A DNA stretch of 43,987 bases, taken from assembly GCA_036172245.1 (NCBI GenBank), contig JAYWIR010000174.1, forward strand, positions 1 through 43,987, read 5' to 3'. Below the pieces are notes generated by a model. It saw only the letters and a program-made list of their open reading frames with translations, was not told where the DNA came from and did not search any database. Origin of the DNA: Raillietiella orientalis (lineage: Eukaryota). This document shows, piece by piece, positions 28,021 through 41,900 of the stretch. Made by a program: the position numbers and the translations under genes. Position 1 is the stretch's first letter; each line of letters opens with the position of its first letter.

Positions 28021-31000
28021 TCTCCGCACTTGCACGTAAACGACCATGGCCGCTTCCCGAAGATTTCGGTCGCATTCCTGAGACCTTTAAATGGTTGGAA
28101 GCAATCTACTTCCACTTCCAGCATAGAGATGGGATCTTCAAAGTGCATCAAAAAAATTCCTCTATCTTTTCTATTTCCAATGTGGTGTTTTCCGTCCAAA
28201 TCTTCGCACTTGCACCAAAACGACCATGGCCGGTTCCCGATGAATTCGGTCGCAATCCTGAGACATGAAAATGGTTGGAATCAATGTACTTCCACTTCCT
28301 GCATCCAAATAGAATCTTCAAAGTGCTTCCTAAAAATTCCTTTATCTTCTTTATTTCCAATGTGGTGTTTTCTGTCCAAATCTCCGCACTAGCAGCAAAA
28401 CGACCATGGTCGGTTCCCGATGAAATCGGTCGGTAACCTGCAACATCAAAATGGTTGGAATCAATCTACTTCGTCTTCCAGCATAGAAATTGAATCTTCA
28501 AAATGCACCACAGAAATTCCTCCATGTGTTCTATTTCCAGTGTGGTGTTTTCCGTCCAAATCTCCGCACTAGCACCAAAACGACCATGGTCGGTTCCCGA
28601 TGAATTCGGTCGCAATCCTGAGACATCAAAATGGTTGGAATCAATCTACTTGGTCTTCCAGCATAGAAATAGAATCTTCAAAATCCTTCACAGAAATTCC
28701 TCTATGTTTTCTATTTCCAATGTGGTGTTTTCCGTCCAAATCTTCGCACTTGCACCAAAACGACCATGGCCGGTTCCCGATGAATTCGGTCGCAATCCTG
28801 AGACATGAAAATGGTTGGAATCAATGTACTTCCACTTCCTGCATCCAAATAGAATCTTCAAAGTGCTTCCTAGAAATTCCTTTATCTTCTCTATTTCCAA
28901 TGTGGTGTTTTCTGTCCAAATCTCCGCACTAGCTGCAAAACGACCATGGTCGGTTCCCGATGAAATCGGTCGCTTACCTGCAACATCAAAATGGTTGGAA
29001 TGAATCTACTTCGTATTCCAGCATAGAAATTGAATCTTCAAAATGCATCACAAAAATTCCTCTATCTTTTCTATTTCCAATGTGGTGTTTTCCGTCCAAG
29101 TCTCCGCACTTGTACCTAAACGACCATGGCCGGTTCCCGATTAATTCGGTCGCAATCCTTAGACATCAAAATGGTTGAAAGCAATCTACTTCCACTTCCT
29201 GCATCCAAATAGAATCTTCAAAGTGCTTCCGAAAAATTCCTTTATCTGTTCTATTTCCAATGTGGTGTTTTCCGTCCAAATCTCCGCACTAGCACGAAAA
29301 CGACCATGGCCGCTTCCGGATGAATTTGGTCGAAATCCTGAGACCTGAAAATGGTTGGAATTAATCTACTTCCACTTCCAGCATAGAAATAAAATCTACA
29401 AAGTGCATTAAAAAAATTCCTTCATCTTTTCTATTTCCAATGTGGTGTTTTCCGTCCAAATCTCCGCACTTGAACGTAAACGACCATGGCCGCTTCCCGA
29501 TGAATTCGGTCGCAATCCTGAGACCTGAAAATGGTTGGAATCAATCTCTTTTCTCTTCCAGCATAGAAATAGAATCTTCAAAATGCATCAAATGAATTCC
29601 TCTATCTTTTCTATTTCCAATGTGGTGTTTTCCGTCCAAATCTCCGCACTTGCACGTAAACGACCATGGCCGGTTCCCGATGAATTCGGAAGCAATCCTG
29701 AGACATCAAAATGGTTGGAATCAATCTAATTCGTCTTTCAAAATAGAAATAGAATCTTAAAAATGAATTACCAAAATTCCTCTATCTTTTCTATTTCCAA
29801 TGTGGTGTTTTCCGTCCAAATCTCCGCACTTGCACCAACACGACCATGGCCGGTTCCGGATGAATTCGGTCGCAAGCCTGAGACATGAAAATGGTTGGAA
29901 GCTGTCCACTTCCACTTCCAGCATAGAAATGGAATTTTCAAAATGCATCAAAGAAATTCCTCTATCTTTTCTATTTCCAATGTGATGTTTTCCGTCCAAA
30001 TCTCCGCACTTGCACGTAAACGACCATGGCCGCTTCCCGAAGAATTCGGTCGCAATCCTGAGACCTCAAAATGGTTGGAAGCAATCTACTTCCACTTCCA
30101 GCATAGAAATAGAATCTTCAAAGTGCATCAAAAAAATTCCTCTATCTTTTCTATTTCCAATGTGGTGTTTTCCGTCCAAATCTCCGCACTTGCACCAAAA
30201 CGACCATGGCCGGTTCCCGATGAATTCGGTCGCAATCCTGAGACATGAAAATGGTTGGAATCAATCTACTTCCACTTCCTGCATCCAAATAGAATCTTCA
30301 AAGTGCTTCCTAAAAATTCCTTTATCTTCTTTATTTCCAATGTGGTGTTTTCTGTCCAAATCTCCGCACTAGCAGCAAAACGACCATGGTCGGTTCCCGA
30401 TGAAATCGGTCGCTAACCTGCAACATCAAAATGGTTGGAATCAATCTACTTCGTCTTCCAGCATAGAAATTGAATCTTCAAAATGCACCACAGAAATTCC
30501 TCCATGTGTTCTATTTCCAGTGTGGTGTTTTCCGTCCAAATCTCCGCACTAGCACCAAAACGACCATGGTCGGTTCCCGATGAATTCGGTCGCAATCCTG
30601 AGACATCAAAATGGTTGGAATCAATCTACTTGGTCTTCCAGCATAGAAATAGAATCTTCAAAATGCATCACAGAAATTCCTCTATGTTTTCTATTTCCAA
30701 TGTGGTGTTTTCCGTCCAAATCTCCGCACTTGCACCAAAACGACCATGGCCGGTTCCCGATGAATTCGGTCGCAATCCTGAGACATGAAAATGGTTGGAA
30801 TCAATGTACTTCCACTTCCAGCATACAAATAGAATCTTCAAAGTGCATCAAAGAAATTCCTCTATCTTTTCTATTTCCAATGTGGTGTTTTCCGTCCAAA
30901 TCTCCGCACTAGCACCAAAACGACCATGGTCGGTTCCCGATGAATTCGGTCGCAATCCTGAGACATCAAAATGGTTGGAATCAATCTACTTCGTCTTCCA

Positions 31001-31980
31001 GCATAGAAATTGAATCTTCAAAATGCATCACAGAAATTCCTCTATCTTTTCTATTTCCAATGTGGTGTTTTCCGTCCAAATCTCCGCACTTGCACCAAAA
31101 CGACCATGGCCGGTTCCCGATGAATTCGGTCGCAATCCTGAGACATCAAAATGGTTGGAAGCAATCTACTTCCACTTCCTGCATCCAAATAGAATCTTCA
31201 AAGTGCATCAGAAAAATTCCTCTATCTTTTCTATTTCCAATGTGGTGTTTTCCGTCCAAATCTCCGCACTAGCACGAAAACGACCATGGCCGCTTCCGGA
31301 TGAATTTGGTCGAAATCCTGAGACCTGAAAATGGTTGGAATCAATCTACTTCCACTTCCAGCATAGAAATAAAATCTACAAAGTGCATTAAAAAAATTCC
31401 TTCATCTTTTCTATTTCCAATGTGGTGTTTTCCGTCCAAATCTCCGCACTTGCACCAAAACGACCATGGCCGGTTCCCGATGAATTCGGTCGCAATCCTG
31501 AGACCTCAAAATGGTTGGAATCAATCTACTTCCTCTTCCAGCATAGAAATAGAATCTTCAAAATGCATCAAATGAATTCCTCTATCTTTTCTATTTCCAA
31601 TGTGGTGTTTTCCGTCCAAATCTGCGCACTTGCACGTAAACGACCATGGCCGGTTCCCGATGAATTCGGAAGCAATCCTGAGACATCAAAATGGTTGGAA
31701 TCAATCTAATTCGTCTTTCAAAATAGAAATAGAATCTTAAAAATGAATTACCAAAATTCCTCTATCTTTTCTATTTCCAATGTGGTGTTTTCCGTCCAAA
31801 TCTCCGCACTTGCACCAACACGACCATGGCCGGTTCCGGATGAATTCGGTCGCAAGCCTGAGACATGAAAATGGTTGGAAGCTGTCTACTTCCACTTCCA
31901 GCATAGAAATAGAATTTTCAAAATGCATCAAAGAAATTCCTCTATCTTTTCTATTTCCAATGTGATGTTTTCCGTCCAAA
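28021..31980. repeat. Tandem 11-monomer (1980-bp) higher-order duplication: 28021-30000 / 30001-31980
   Basis: Matching variants at +1980: tttatcttctttattt (28341/30321), tccatgtgtt (28521/30501), tggtcttcca (28651/30631), cgcttccggatgaatttggt (29311/31291), tcgtctttcaaaatag...aaatgaattacc (29731/31711). Confidence 0.9.
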
Positions 31981-34900
31981 TCTCCGCACTTGCACCAAAA
32001 CGACCATGGCCGGTTCCCGAAGAATTCGGTCGAAATCCTGAGACCTCAAAATGGTTGGAAGCTGTCTACTTCCACTTCCAGCATAGAAATAGAATGTCCA
32101 AAATGCATCAAAGAAATTCCTCTATCTTTTCTATTTCCAATGTGATGTTTTCCGTCCAAATCTCCGCACTTGCACCAAAACGACCATGGCCGAATCCCGA
32201 TGAATTCGGAAGCAATCCTGAGATATCAAAATGGTTGGAAGCAATCTACTTCGTCTTCCAGCATAGAAATAGAATCTTCAAAATGCATCACAGAAATTCC
32301 TCTATCTTTTCTATTTCCAATGTGGTGTTTTCCGTCCAAATCTTCGCACTTGCACCAAAACGACCATGGCCGCTTCCCGATGAATTCGGTCGCAATCCTG
32401 AGACCTCAAAATGGTTGGAAGCAATCTACTTCCACTCCCAGCATAGAGATAAAATCATCAAAGTGCATCAAACAAATTCCTCTATCTTTTTTATTTCCAA
32501 TGTGGTGTTTTCCGTCCAAATCTCCGCACTTGCATGTAAACGACCATGGTCGGTTCCCGATGAATTCGGTCGCAATCCTGAGACATCAAAATGGTTGGAA
32601 TCAATCCACTTCGTCTTCCAGCACAGAAATAGAATCTTCAGAATGCATCAAATGAATTCCTCTATCTTTTCTATTTCCAATGTGGTGTTTTCCGTCCAAG
32701 TCTCCGCACTTGTACCTAAACGACCATGGCCGGTTCCCGATTAATTCGGTCGCAATCCTTAGACATCAAAATGGTTGAAAGATATCTACTTCCACTTCCT
32801 GCATCCAAATAGAATCTTCAAAGTGCTTCCGAAAAATTCCTTTATCTGTTCTATTTCCAATGTGGTGTTTTCCGTCCAAATCTGCGCACTTGCACGTGAA
32901 CGACCATGGCCGCTTCCGGATGAATTCGGTCGAAATCCTGAGACCTGAAAATGGTTGGAATTAATCTACTTCCACTTCCAGCATAGAAATAAAATCTACA
33001 AAGTGCATTAAAAAAATTCCTTCATCTTTTCTATTTCCAATGTGGTGTTTTCCGTCCAAATCTCCGCACTTGCACCAAAACGACCATGGCCGGTTCCCGA
33101 AGAATTCGGTCGAAATCCTGAGACCTGAAAATGGTTGGAATCAATCTCTTTTCTCTTCCAGCATAGAAATAGAATCTTAAAAATGCACCAAATGAATTCC
33201 TCTATCTTTTCTATTTCCAATGTGGTGTTTTCCGTCCAAATCTGCGCACTTGCACCTAAACGACCATGGCCGGTTCCCGATGAATTCGGAAGCAATCCTG
33301 AGACATCAAAATGGTTGGAATCAATCTAATTCGTCTTTCAAAATAGAAATAGAATCTTAAAAATGAATTACCAAAATTCCTCTATCTTTTCTATTTCCAA
33401 TGTGGTGTTTTCCGTCCAAATCTCCGCACTTGCACCAAAACGACCATGGCCGGTTCCCGATGAATTCGGTCGCAATCCTGAGACATCAAAATGGTTGGAA
33501 GCAATCTACTTCGTCTTCCAGCATAGAAATAGAATCTTCAAAATGCATCACAAAAATTCCTCTATGTTTTCTATTTCCAATGTGGTGTTTTCCTTCCAAA
33601 TCTTCGCACTTGCACCAACACGACCATGGCCGGTTCCGGATGAACTCGGTCGCAATCCTGAAACATCAAAATGGTTGGAACCAATCTATTTCCTCTTCCA
33701 GCATAGAAATAGAATCTTCAAAGTGCATCAAACAAATTCCTCTATCTTTTTTATTTCCAATGTGGTGTTTTCCGTCCAAATCTCCGCACTTGCATGTAAA
33801 CGACCATGGCCGCTTCCCGATGAATTCGGTCGCAATCCTGAGACATCAAAATGGTTGGAATCAATCCACTTCGTCTTCCAGCACAGAAATAGAATCTTCA
33901 AAATGCATCAAATGAATTCCTCTATCTTTTCTATTTCCAATGTGGTGTGTTCCGTTTAAATCTTCGCACTTGCACCAAAACGACCATGGTCGCTTCCCGA
34001 TGAATTCGGTCGCAATCGTGAGACCTCAAAATGGCTGCAAGCAATCTACTTCCACTCCCAGCATAGAAATAGAATCTTTAAAGTGCATCCAAAAAATTCC
34101 TCTATCTTTTCTATTTCCAATGTGGTGTTTTCCGTCCAAATCTCCGTACTTGTACCTAAACGACTATGGCCGGTTCCCGATTATTTCGGTCGCAATCCTT
34201 AGACATCAAAATGGTTGGAATCAATCCACTTCGACTTCCAGCACAGAAATAGAATCTTCAAAATGCATCACAAAAATTCCTCTATGTTTTCTATTTCCAT
34301 TGTGGTGTTTTCCGTGCAAATCTTCGCACTTGCACCAAAACGACCATGGCCGGTTCCCGATGAATTCGGTCGCAATCCTGAGACATCGAAATGGTTGGAA
34401 TCAATCTACTTCGTCTTCCAGCATAGGAATAGAATCTTCAAAATGCATCACAGAAATTCCTCTATGTTTTCTATTTCCAATGTGGTGTTTTCCGTCCAAA
34501 TCTTCGCACTTGCACCAAAACGACCATGGCCGCTTCCCGACAAATTCGCTAGCAAACCTGAGACTTCAAAATGGTTGGAAGCCATCTACTTCCACTCCCA
34601 GCATAGAGATAAAATCATCAAAGTGCATCAAACAAATTCCTCTATCTTTTTTATTTCCAATGTGGTGTTTTCCGTCCAAATCTCCGCACTTGCATGTAAA
34701 CGACCATGGTCGCTTCCCGATGAATTCGGTCGCAATCCTGAGACATCAAAATGGTTGGAATCAATCCACTTCGTCTTCCAGCACAGAAATAGAATCTTCA
34801 AAATGCATCAAATGAATTCCTATATCTTTTCTATTTCCAATGTGGTGTTTTCCGTCCAAATCTTCGCACTTGCCCCAACACGACCATGGCCGTTTCCGGA

Positions 34901-35940
34901 TCAATTCGGTCGCAATCCTGAGACATGAAAATGGTTGGAAGCTGTCTACTTCCACTTCCAGCATAGAAATAGAATCTTCAAAATGCATCAAAGAAATTCC
35001 TCTATCTTTTCTATTTCCAATGTGGTGTTTTCCGTCCAAATCTCCGCACTAGCACCAAAACGACCATGGTCGGTTCCCGATGAATTCGGTCGCAATCCTG
35101 AGACATCAAAATGGTTGGAATCAATCCACTTCGTCTTCCAGCGCAGAAATAGAAACTTCAAAATGCATCACAAAAATTCCTCTATGTTTTCTATTTGCAA
35201 TGTGGTGTTTTCCGTCCAAATCTTCGCACTTGCACCAAAACGACCATGGCCGGTTCCCGATGAATTCGGTCGCAATCCTGAGACATCGAAATGGTTGGAA
35301 TCAATCTACTTCGTCTTCCAGCATAGAAATAGAATCTTCAAAATGCATCAAAGAAATTCCTCTATGTTTTATATTTCCAATGTGGTGTTTTCCGTCCAAA
35401 TCTCCTGACTTGCATGTAAACGACCATAGCCGCTTCCCGATGAATTCGGTCGCAATAATGAGACATCGAAATGGTTGGAATCAATCTACTTCGTCTTCCA
35501 GCATAGAAATAGAATCTTCAGAATGCATCACAAAAATTCCTCTATGTTTTCTATTTCCAATGTGGTGTTTTCCGTCCAAAACTTCGCACTTGCACCAAAA
35601 CGAACATGGCCGGTTCCCGATGAATTCGGTCGAAATCCTGAGACCTCAAAATGGTTGGAAGCTGTCTACTTCCACTTCCAGCATAGAAATAGAATCTTCA
35701 AAATGCATCAAAGAAATTCCTCTATCTTTTCTATTTCCAATGTGGTGTTTTCCGTCCAAATCTCCGCACGTGCACCAAATCGACCATGGCCGGTTCCCGA
35801 TGAATTCGGAAGCAATCCTGAGACATCAAAATGGTTGGAAGCAATCTACTTCGTCCTCCAGCATAGAAATAGAATCTTAAAAATGCATCACAAAAATTCC
35901 TCTATGTTTTCTATTTCCAATGTGGTGTTTTCCTTCCAAA

Positions 35941-38900
35941 TCTCCGCACTTGCACCAAAACGACCATGGCCGGTTCCCGAAGAATTCGGTCGAAATCCTG
36001 AGACCTCAAAATGGTTGGAAGCTGTCTACTTCCACTTTCAGCATAGAAATAGAATCTTCAAAATGCATCAAAGAAATTCCTCTATCTTTTCTATTTCCAA
36101 TGTGGTATTTTCCGTCCAAATCTCCGCACTTGCACCAAAACGACCATGGCCGGTTCCCGAAGAATTCGGTCGAAATCTTGAGACCTCAAAATGGTTGGAA
36201 GCTGTCTACTTCCACTTCCAGCATAGAAATAGAATCTTCAAAATGCATCAAAGAAATTCCTCTATCTTTTCTATTTCCAATGTGGTGTTTTCCGTCCAAA
36301 TCTCCGCACTTGCACCAAAACGACCATGGCCGGTTCCCGATGAATTCGGAAGCAATCCTGAGACATCAAAATGGTTGGAAGCAATCTACTTCGTCTTCCA
36401 GCATAGAAATAGAATCTTAAAAATGCATCACAAAAATTCCTCTATGTTTTCTATTTCCAATGTGGTGTTTTCCTTCCAAATCTCCGCACTTGCACCAAAA
36501 CGACCATGGCCGGTTCCGGATGAATTCGGTCGCATGCCTGAGACATGAAAATGGTTGGAAGCTGTCTACTTCCACTTCCAGCATAGAAATAGAATATTCA
36601 AAATGCATCAAAGAAATTCCTCTATCTTTTCTATTTCCAATGTGATGTTTTCCGTCCAAATCTCCGCACTTGCACCAAAACGACCATGGCCGGTTCCCGA
36701 AGAATTCGGTCGAAATCCTGAGACCTCAAAATGGTTGGAAGCTGTCTACTTCCACTTCCAGCATAGAAATAGAATCTTTAAAATGCATCAAAGAAATTCC
36801 TCTATCTTTTCTATTTCCAATGTGGTGTTTTCCGTCCAAATCTCCGCACTTGCACCAAATCGACCATGGCCGGTTCCCGATGAATTCGGAAGCAATCCTG
36901 AGACATCAAAATGGTTGGAATCAATCTACTTCCACTTCCAGCATAGAAATAGAATCTTCAAAATGCATCAAAGAAATTCGTCTATCTTTTCTATTTCCAA
37001 TGTGGTGTTTTCCGTCCAAATCTCCGCACTTGCACCAAAACGACCATGGCCGGTTCCCGAAGAATTCGGTCGAAATCCTGAGACCTCAAAATGGTTGGAA
37101 GCTGTCTACTTCCACTTCCAGCATAGAAATAGAATCTTCAAAATGCATCAAAGAAATTCCTCTATCTTTTCTATTTCCAATGTGGTATTTTCCGTCCAAA
37201 TCTCCGCACTTGCACCAAAACGACCATGGCCGGTTCCCGAAGAATTCGGTCGAAATCCTGAGACCTCAAAATGGTTGGAAGCTGTCTACTTCCACTTCCA
37301 GCATAGAAATAGAATCTTCAAAATGCATTAAAAAAATTCCTCTATCTTTTCTATTTCCAATGTGGTGTTTTCCGTCCAAATCTCCGCACTTGCACCAAAA
37401 CGACCATGGCCGGTTCCCGATGAATTACGGAAGCAATCCTGAGACATCAAAATGGTTGGAAGCAATCTACTTCGTCTTCCAGCACAGAAATAGAATCTTC
37501 AAAATGCATCACAAAAATTTCTCTATGTTTTCTATTTCCAATGTGGTGTTTTCCTTCCAAATCTTCGCACTTGCACCAACACGAACATGGCCGGTTCCGG
37601 ATGAACTCGGTCGCAATCCTGAGACATCAAAATGGTTGGAATCAATCTATTTCCTCTTCCAGCATAGAAATAGAATCTTCAAAATGCATCAAAGAAATTC
37701 CTCTATCTTTTCTATTTCCAATGTGGTGTTTTCCGTCCAAATCTCCGCACTTGCATGTAAACGACCATGGCCGCTTCCCGATGAATTCGGTCGCAATCCT
37801 GAGACATCAAAATGGTTGGAATCAATCTACTTCGTCTTCCAGCATAGAAATAGAATCTTCAAAATGCATCACAAAAATTCCTCTATGTTTTCTATTTCCA
37901 ATGTGGTGTTTTCCTTCCAAATCTTCGCACTTGCACCAACACGACCATGGCCGTTTCCGGATGAATTCGGTCGCAATCCTGAGACATCAAAATGGTTGGA
38001 AGCAATCTACTTCCACTTCCAGCATAGAAATAGAATCTTCAAAATGCATCAAAGAAATTCCTCTATCTTTTCTATTTCCAATGTGGTGTTTTCCGTCCAA
38101 ATCTCCGCACTTGCACCAAAACGACCATGGCCGGTTCCCTGAATTCGGGCCAATCCTGAGACATGAAAATGGTTGGAAGCTGTCTACTTCCACTTCCAGC
38201 ATAGAAATAGAATCTTCAAAATGCATCAAAGAAATTCCTCTATCTTTTCTATTTCCAATGTGATGTTTTCCGTCCAAATCTCCGCACTTGCACCAAAACG
38301 ACCATGGCCGGTTCCCGAAGAATTCGGTCGAAATCCTGAGACCTCAAAATGGTTGGAAGCTGTCTACTTCCACTTCAAGCATAGAAATAGAATCTTCAAA
38401 ATGCATCAAAGAAATTCCTCTATCTTTTCTATTTCCAATGTGGTGTTTTCCGTCCAAATCTCCGCACTTGCACCAAATCGACCATGGCCGGTTCCCGATG
38501 AATTCGGAAGCAATCCTGAGACATCAAAATGGTTGGAAGCAATCTACTTCGTCTTCCAGCATAGAAATAGAATCTTAAAAATGCATCACAAAAATTCCTC
38601 TATGTTTTCTATTTCCAATGTGGTGTTTTCCTTCCAAATCTCCGCACTTGCACCAAAACGACCATGGCCGGTTCCGGATGAATTCGGTCGCATGCCTGAG
38701 ACATGAAAATGGTTGGAAGCTGTCTACTTCCACTTCCAGCATAGAAATAGAATCTTCAAAATGCATCAAAGAAATTCCTCTATCTTTTCTATTTCCAATG
38801 TGGTATTTTCCGTCCAAATCTCCGCACTTGCACCAAAACGACCATGGCCGGTTCCCGAAGAATTCGGTCGAAATCTTGAGACCTCAAAATGGTTGGAAGC

Positions 38901-41900
38901 TGTCTACTTCCACTTCCAGCATAGAAATAGAATCTTCAAAATGCATCAAAGAAATTCCTCTATCTTTTCTATTTCCAATGTGGTGTTTTCCGTCCAAATC
39001 TCCGCACTTGCACCAAAACGACCATGGCCGGTTCCCGATGAATTCGGAAGCAATCCTGAGACATCAAAATGGTTGGAAGCAATCTACTTCGTCTTCCAGC
39101 ATAGAAATAGAATCTTAAAAATGCATCACAAAAATTCCTCTATGTTTTCTATTTCCAATGTGGTGTTTTCCTTCCAAATCTCCGCACTTGCACCAAAACG
39201 ACCATGGCCGGTTCCGGATGAATTCGGTCGCATGCCTGAGACATGAAAATGGTTGGAAGCTGTCTACTTCCACTTCCAGCATAGAAATAGAATATTCAGA
39301 ATGCTTCAAAGAAATTCCTCTATCTTTTCTATTTCCAATGTGATGTTTTCCGTCCAAATCTCCGCACTTGCACCAAAACGACCATGGCCGGTTCCCGAAG
39401 AATTCGGTCGAAATCCTGAGACCTCAAAATGGTTGGAAGCTGTCTACTTCCACTTCCAGCATAGAAATGGAATCTTTAAAATGCATCAGAGAAATTCCTC
39501 TATCTTTTCTATTTCCAATGTGGTGTTTTCCGTCCAAATCTCCGCACTTGCACCAAATCGACCATGGCCGGTTCCCGATGAATTCGGAAGCAATCCTGAG
39601 ACATCAAAATGGTTGGAATCAATCTACTTCGTCTTCCAGCACAAAAAAAGAATCATCAAAATGCATCACAAAAATTCCTCAATGTTTTCTATTTCCAATG
39701 TGGTGTTTTCCGTCCAAATCTTCGCACTTGCACCAACACGACCATGGCCGGTTCCGGATGAATTCGGTCGCAAGCCTGAAACATGAAAATGGTTGGAAGC
39801 TGTCTACTTCCACTTCCAGCATAGAAATAGAATCTTCAAAATGCATCAAAGAAATTCCTCTATCTTTTCTATTTCCAATGTGGTGTTTTCCGTCCAAATC
39901 TCCGCACTTGCACCAAATCGACCATGGCCGGTTCCCCATGAATTCGGAAGCAATCCTGAGACATCAAAATGGTTGGAATCAATCTACTTCCACTTCCAGC
40001 ATAGAGATAGAATCTTCAAAATGCATCAAAGAAATTCCTCTATCTTTTCTATTTCCAATGTGGTATTTTCCGTCCAAATCTCCGCACTTGCACCAAAACG
40101 ACCATGGCCGGTTCCCGAAGAATTCGGTCGAAATCCTGAGACCTCAAAATGGTTGGAAGCTGTCTACTTCCACTTCCAGCATAGAAATAGAATCTTCAAA
40201 ATGCATCAAAGAAATTCCTCTATCTTTTCTATTTCCAATGTGGTGTTTTCCGTCCAAATCTCCGCACTTGCACCAAATCGACCATGGCCGGTTCCCCATG
40301 AATTCGGAAGCAATCCTGAGACATCAAAATGGTTGGAATCAATCTACTTCCACTTCCAGCCTAGAGATAGAATCTTCAAAATGCATCAAAGAAATTCCTC
40401 TATCTTTTCTATTTCCAATGTGGTATTTTCCGTCCAAATCTCCGCACTTGCACCAAAACGACCATGGCCGGTTCCCGAAGAATTCGGTCGAAATCCTGAG
40501 ACCTCAAAATGGTTGGAAGCTGTCTACTTCCACTTCCAGCATAGAAATAGAATCTTCAAAATGCATCAAAGAAATTCCTCTATCTTTTCTATTTCCAATG
40601 TGGTATTTTCCGTCCAAATCTCCGCACTTGCACCAAAACGACCATGGCCGGTTCCCGAAGAATTAAGTCGAAATCTTGAGACCTCAAAATGGTTGGAAGC
40701 TGTCTACTTCCACTTCCAGCATAGAAATAGAATCTTCAAAATGCATCAAAGAAATTCCTCTATCTTTTCTATTTCCAATGTGGTGTTTTCCTTCCAAATC
40801 TCCGCACTTGCACCAAAACGACCATGGCCGGTTCCGGATGAATTCGGTCGCAAGCCTGAGACATGAAAATGGTTGGAAGCTATCTACTTCCACTTCCAGC
40901 ATAGAAATAGAATCTTCAAAATGCATCAAAGAAATTCGTCTATCTTTTCTATTTCCAATGTGGTATTTTCCGTCCAAATCTCCGCACTTGCACCAAAACG
41001 ACCATGGCCGGTTCCCGAAGAATTCGGTCGAAATCCTGAGACCTCAAAATGGTTGGAAGCTGTCTACTTCCACTTCCAGCATAGAAATAGAATCTTCAAA
41101 ATGCATCAAAGAAATTCCTCTATCTTTTCTATTTCCAATGTGGTGTTTTCCGTCCAAATCTCCGCACTTGCACCAAATCGACCATGGCCGGTTCCCGATG
41201 AATTCGGAAGCAATCCTGAGACATCAAAATGGTTGGAATCAATCTACTTCCACTTCCAGCATAGAGATAGAATCTTCAAAATGCATCAAAGAAATTCCTC
41301 TATCTTTTCTATTTCCAATGTGGTATTTTCCGTCCAAATCTCCGCACTTGCACCAAAACGACCATGGCCGGTTCCCGAAGAATTCGGTCGAAATCCTGAG
41401 ACCTCAAAATGGTTGGAAGCTGTCTACTTCCACTTTCAGCATAGAAATAGAATCTTCAAAATGCATCAAAGAAATTCCTCTATCTTTTCTATTTCCAATG
41501 TGGTATTTTCCGTCCAAATCTCCGCACTTGCACCAAAACGACCATGGCCGGTTCCCGAAGAATTCGGTCGAAATCCTGAGACCTCAAAATGGTTGGAAGC
41601 TGTCTACTTCCACTTTCAGCATAGAAATAGAATCTTCAAAATGCATCAAAGAAATTCCTCTATCTTTTCTATTTCCAATGTGGTATTTTCCGTCCAAATC
41701 TCCGCACTTGCACCAAAACGACCATGGCCGGTTCCCGAAGAATTCGGTCGAAATCTTGAGACCTCAAAATGGTTGGAAGCTGTCTACTTCCACTTCCAGC
41801 ATAGAAATAGAATCTTCAAAATGCATCAAAGAAATTCCTCTATCTTTTCTATTTCCAATGTGGTGTTTTCCGTCCAAATCTCCGCACTTGCACCAAAACG

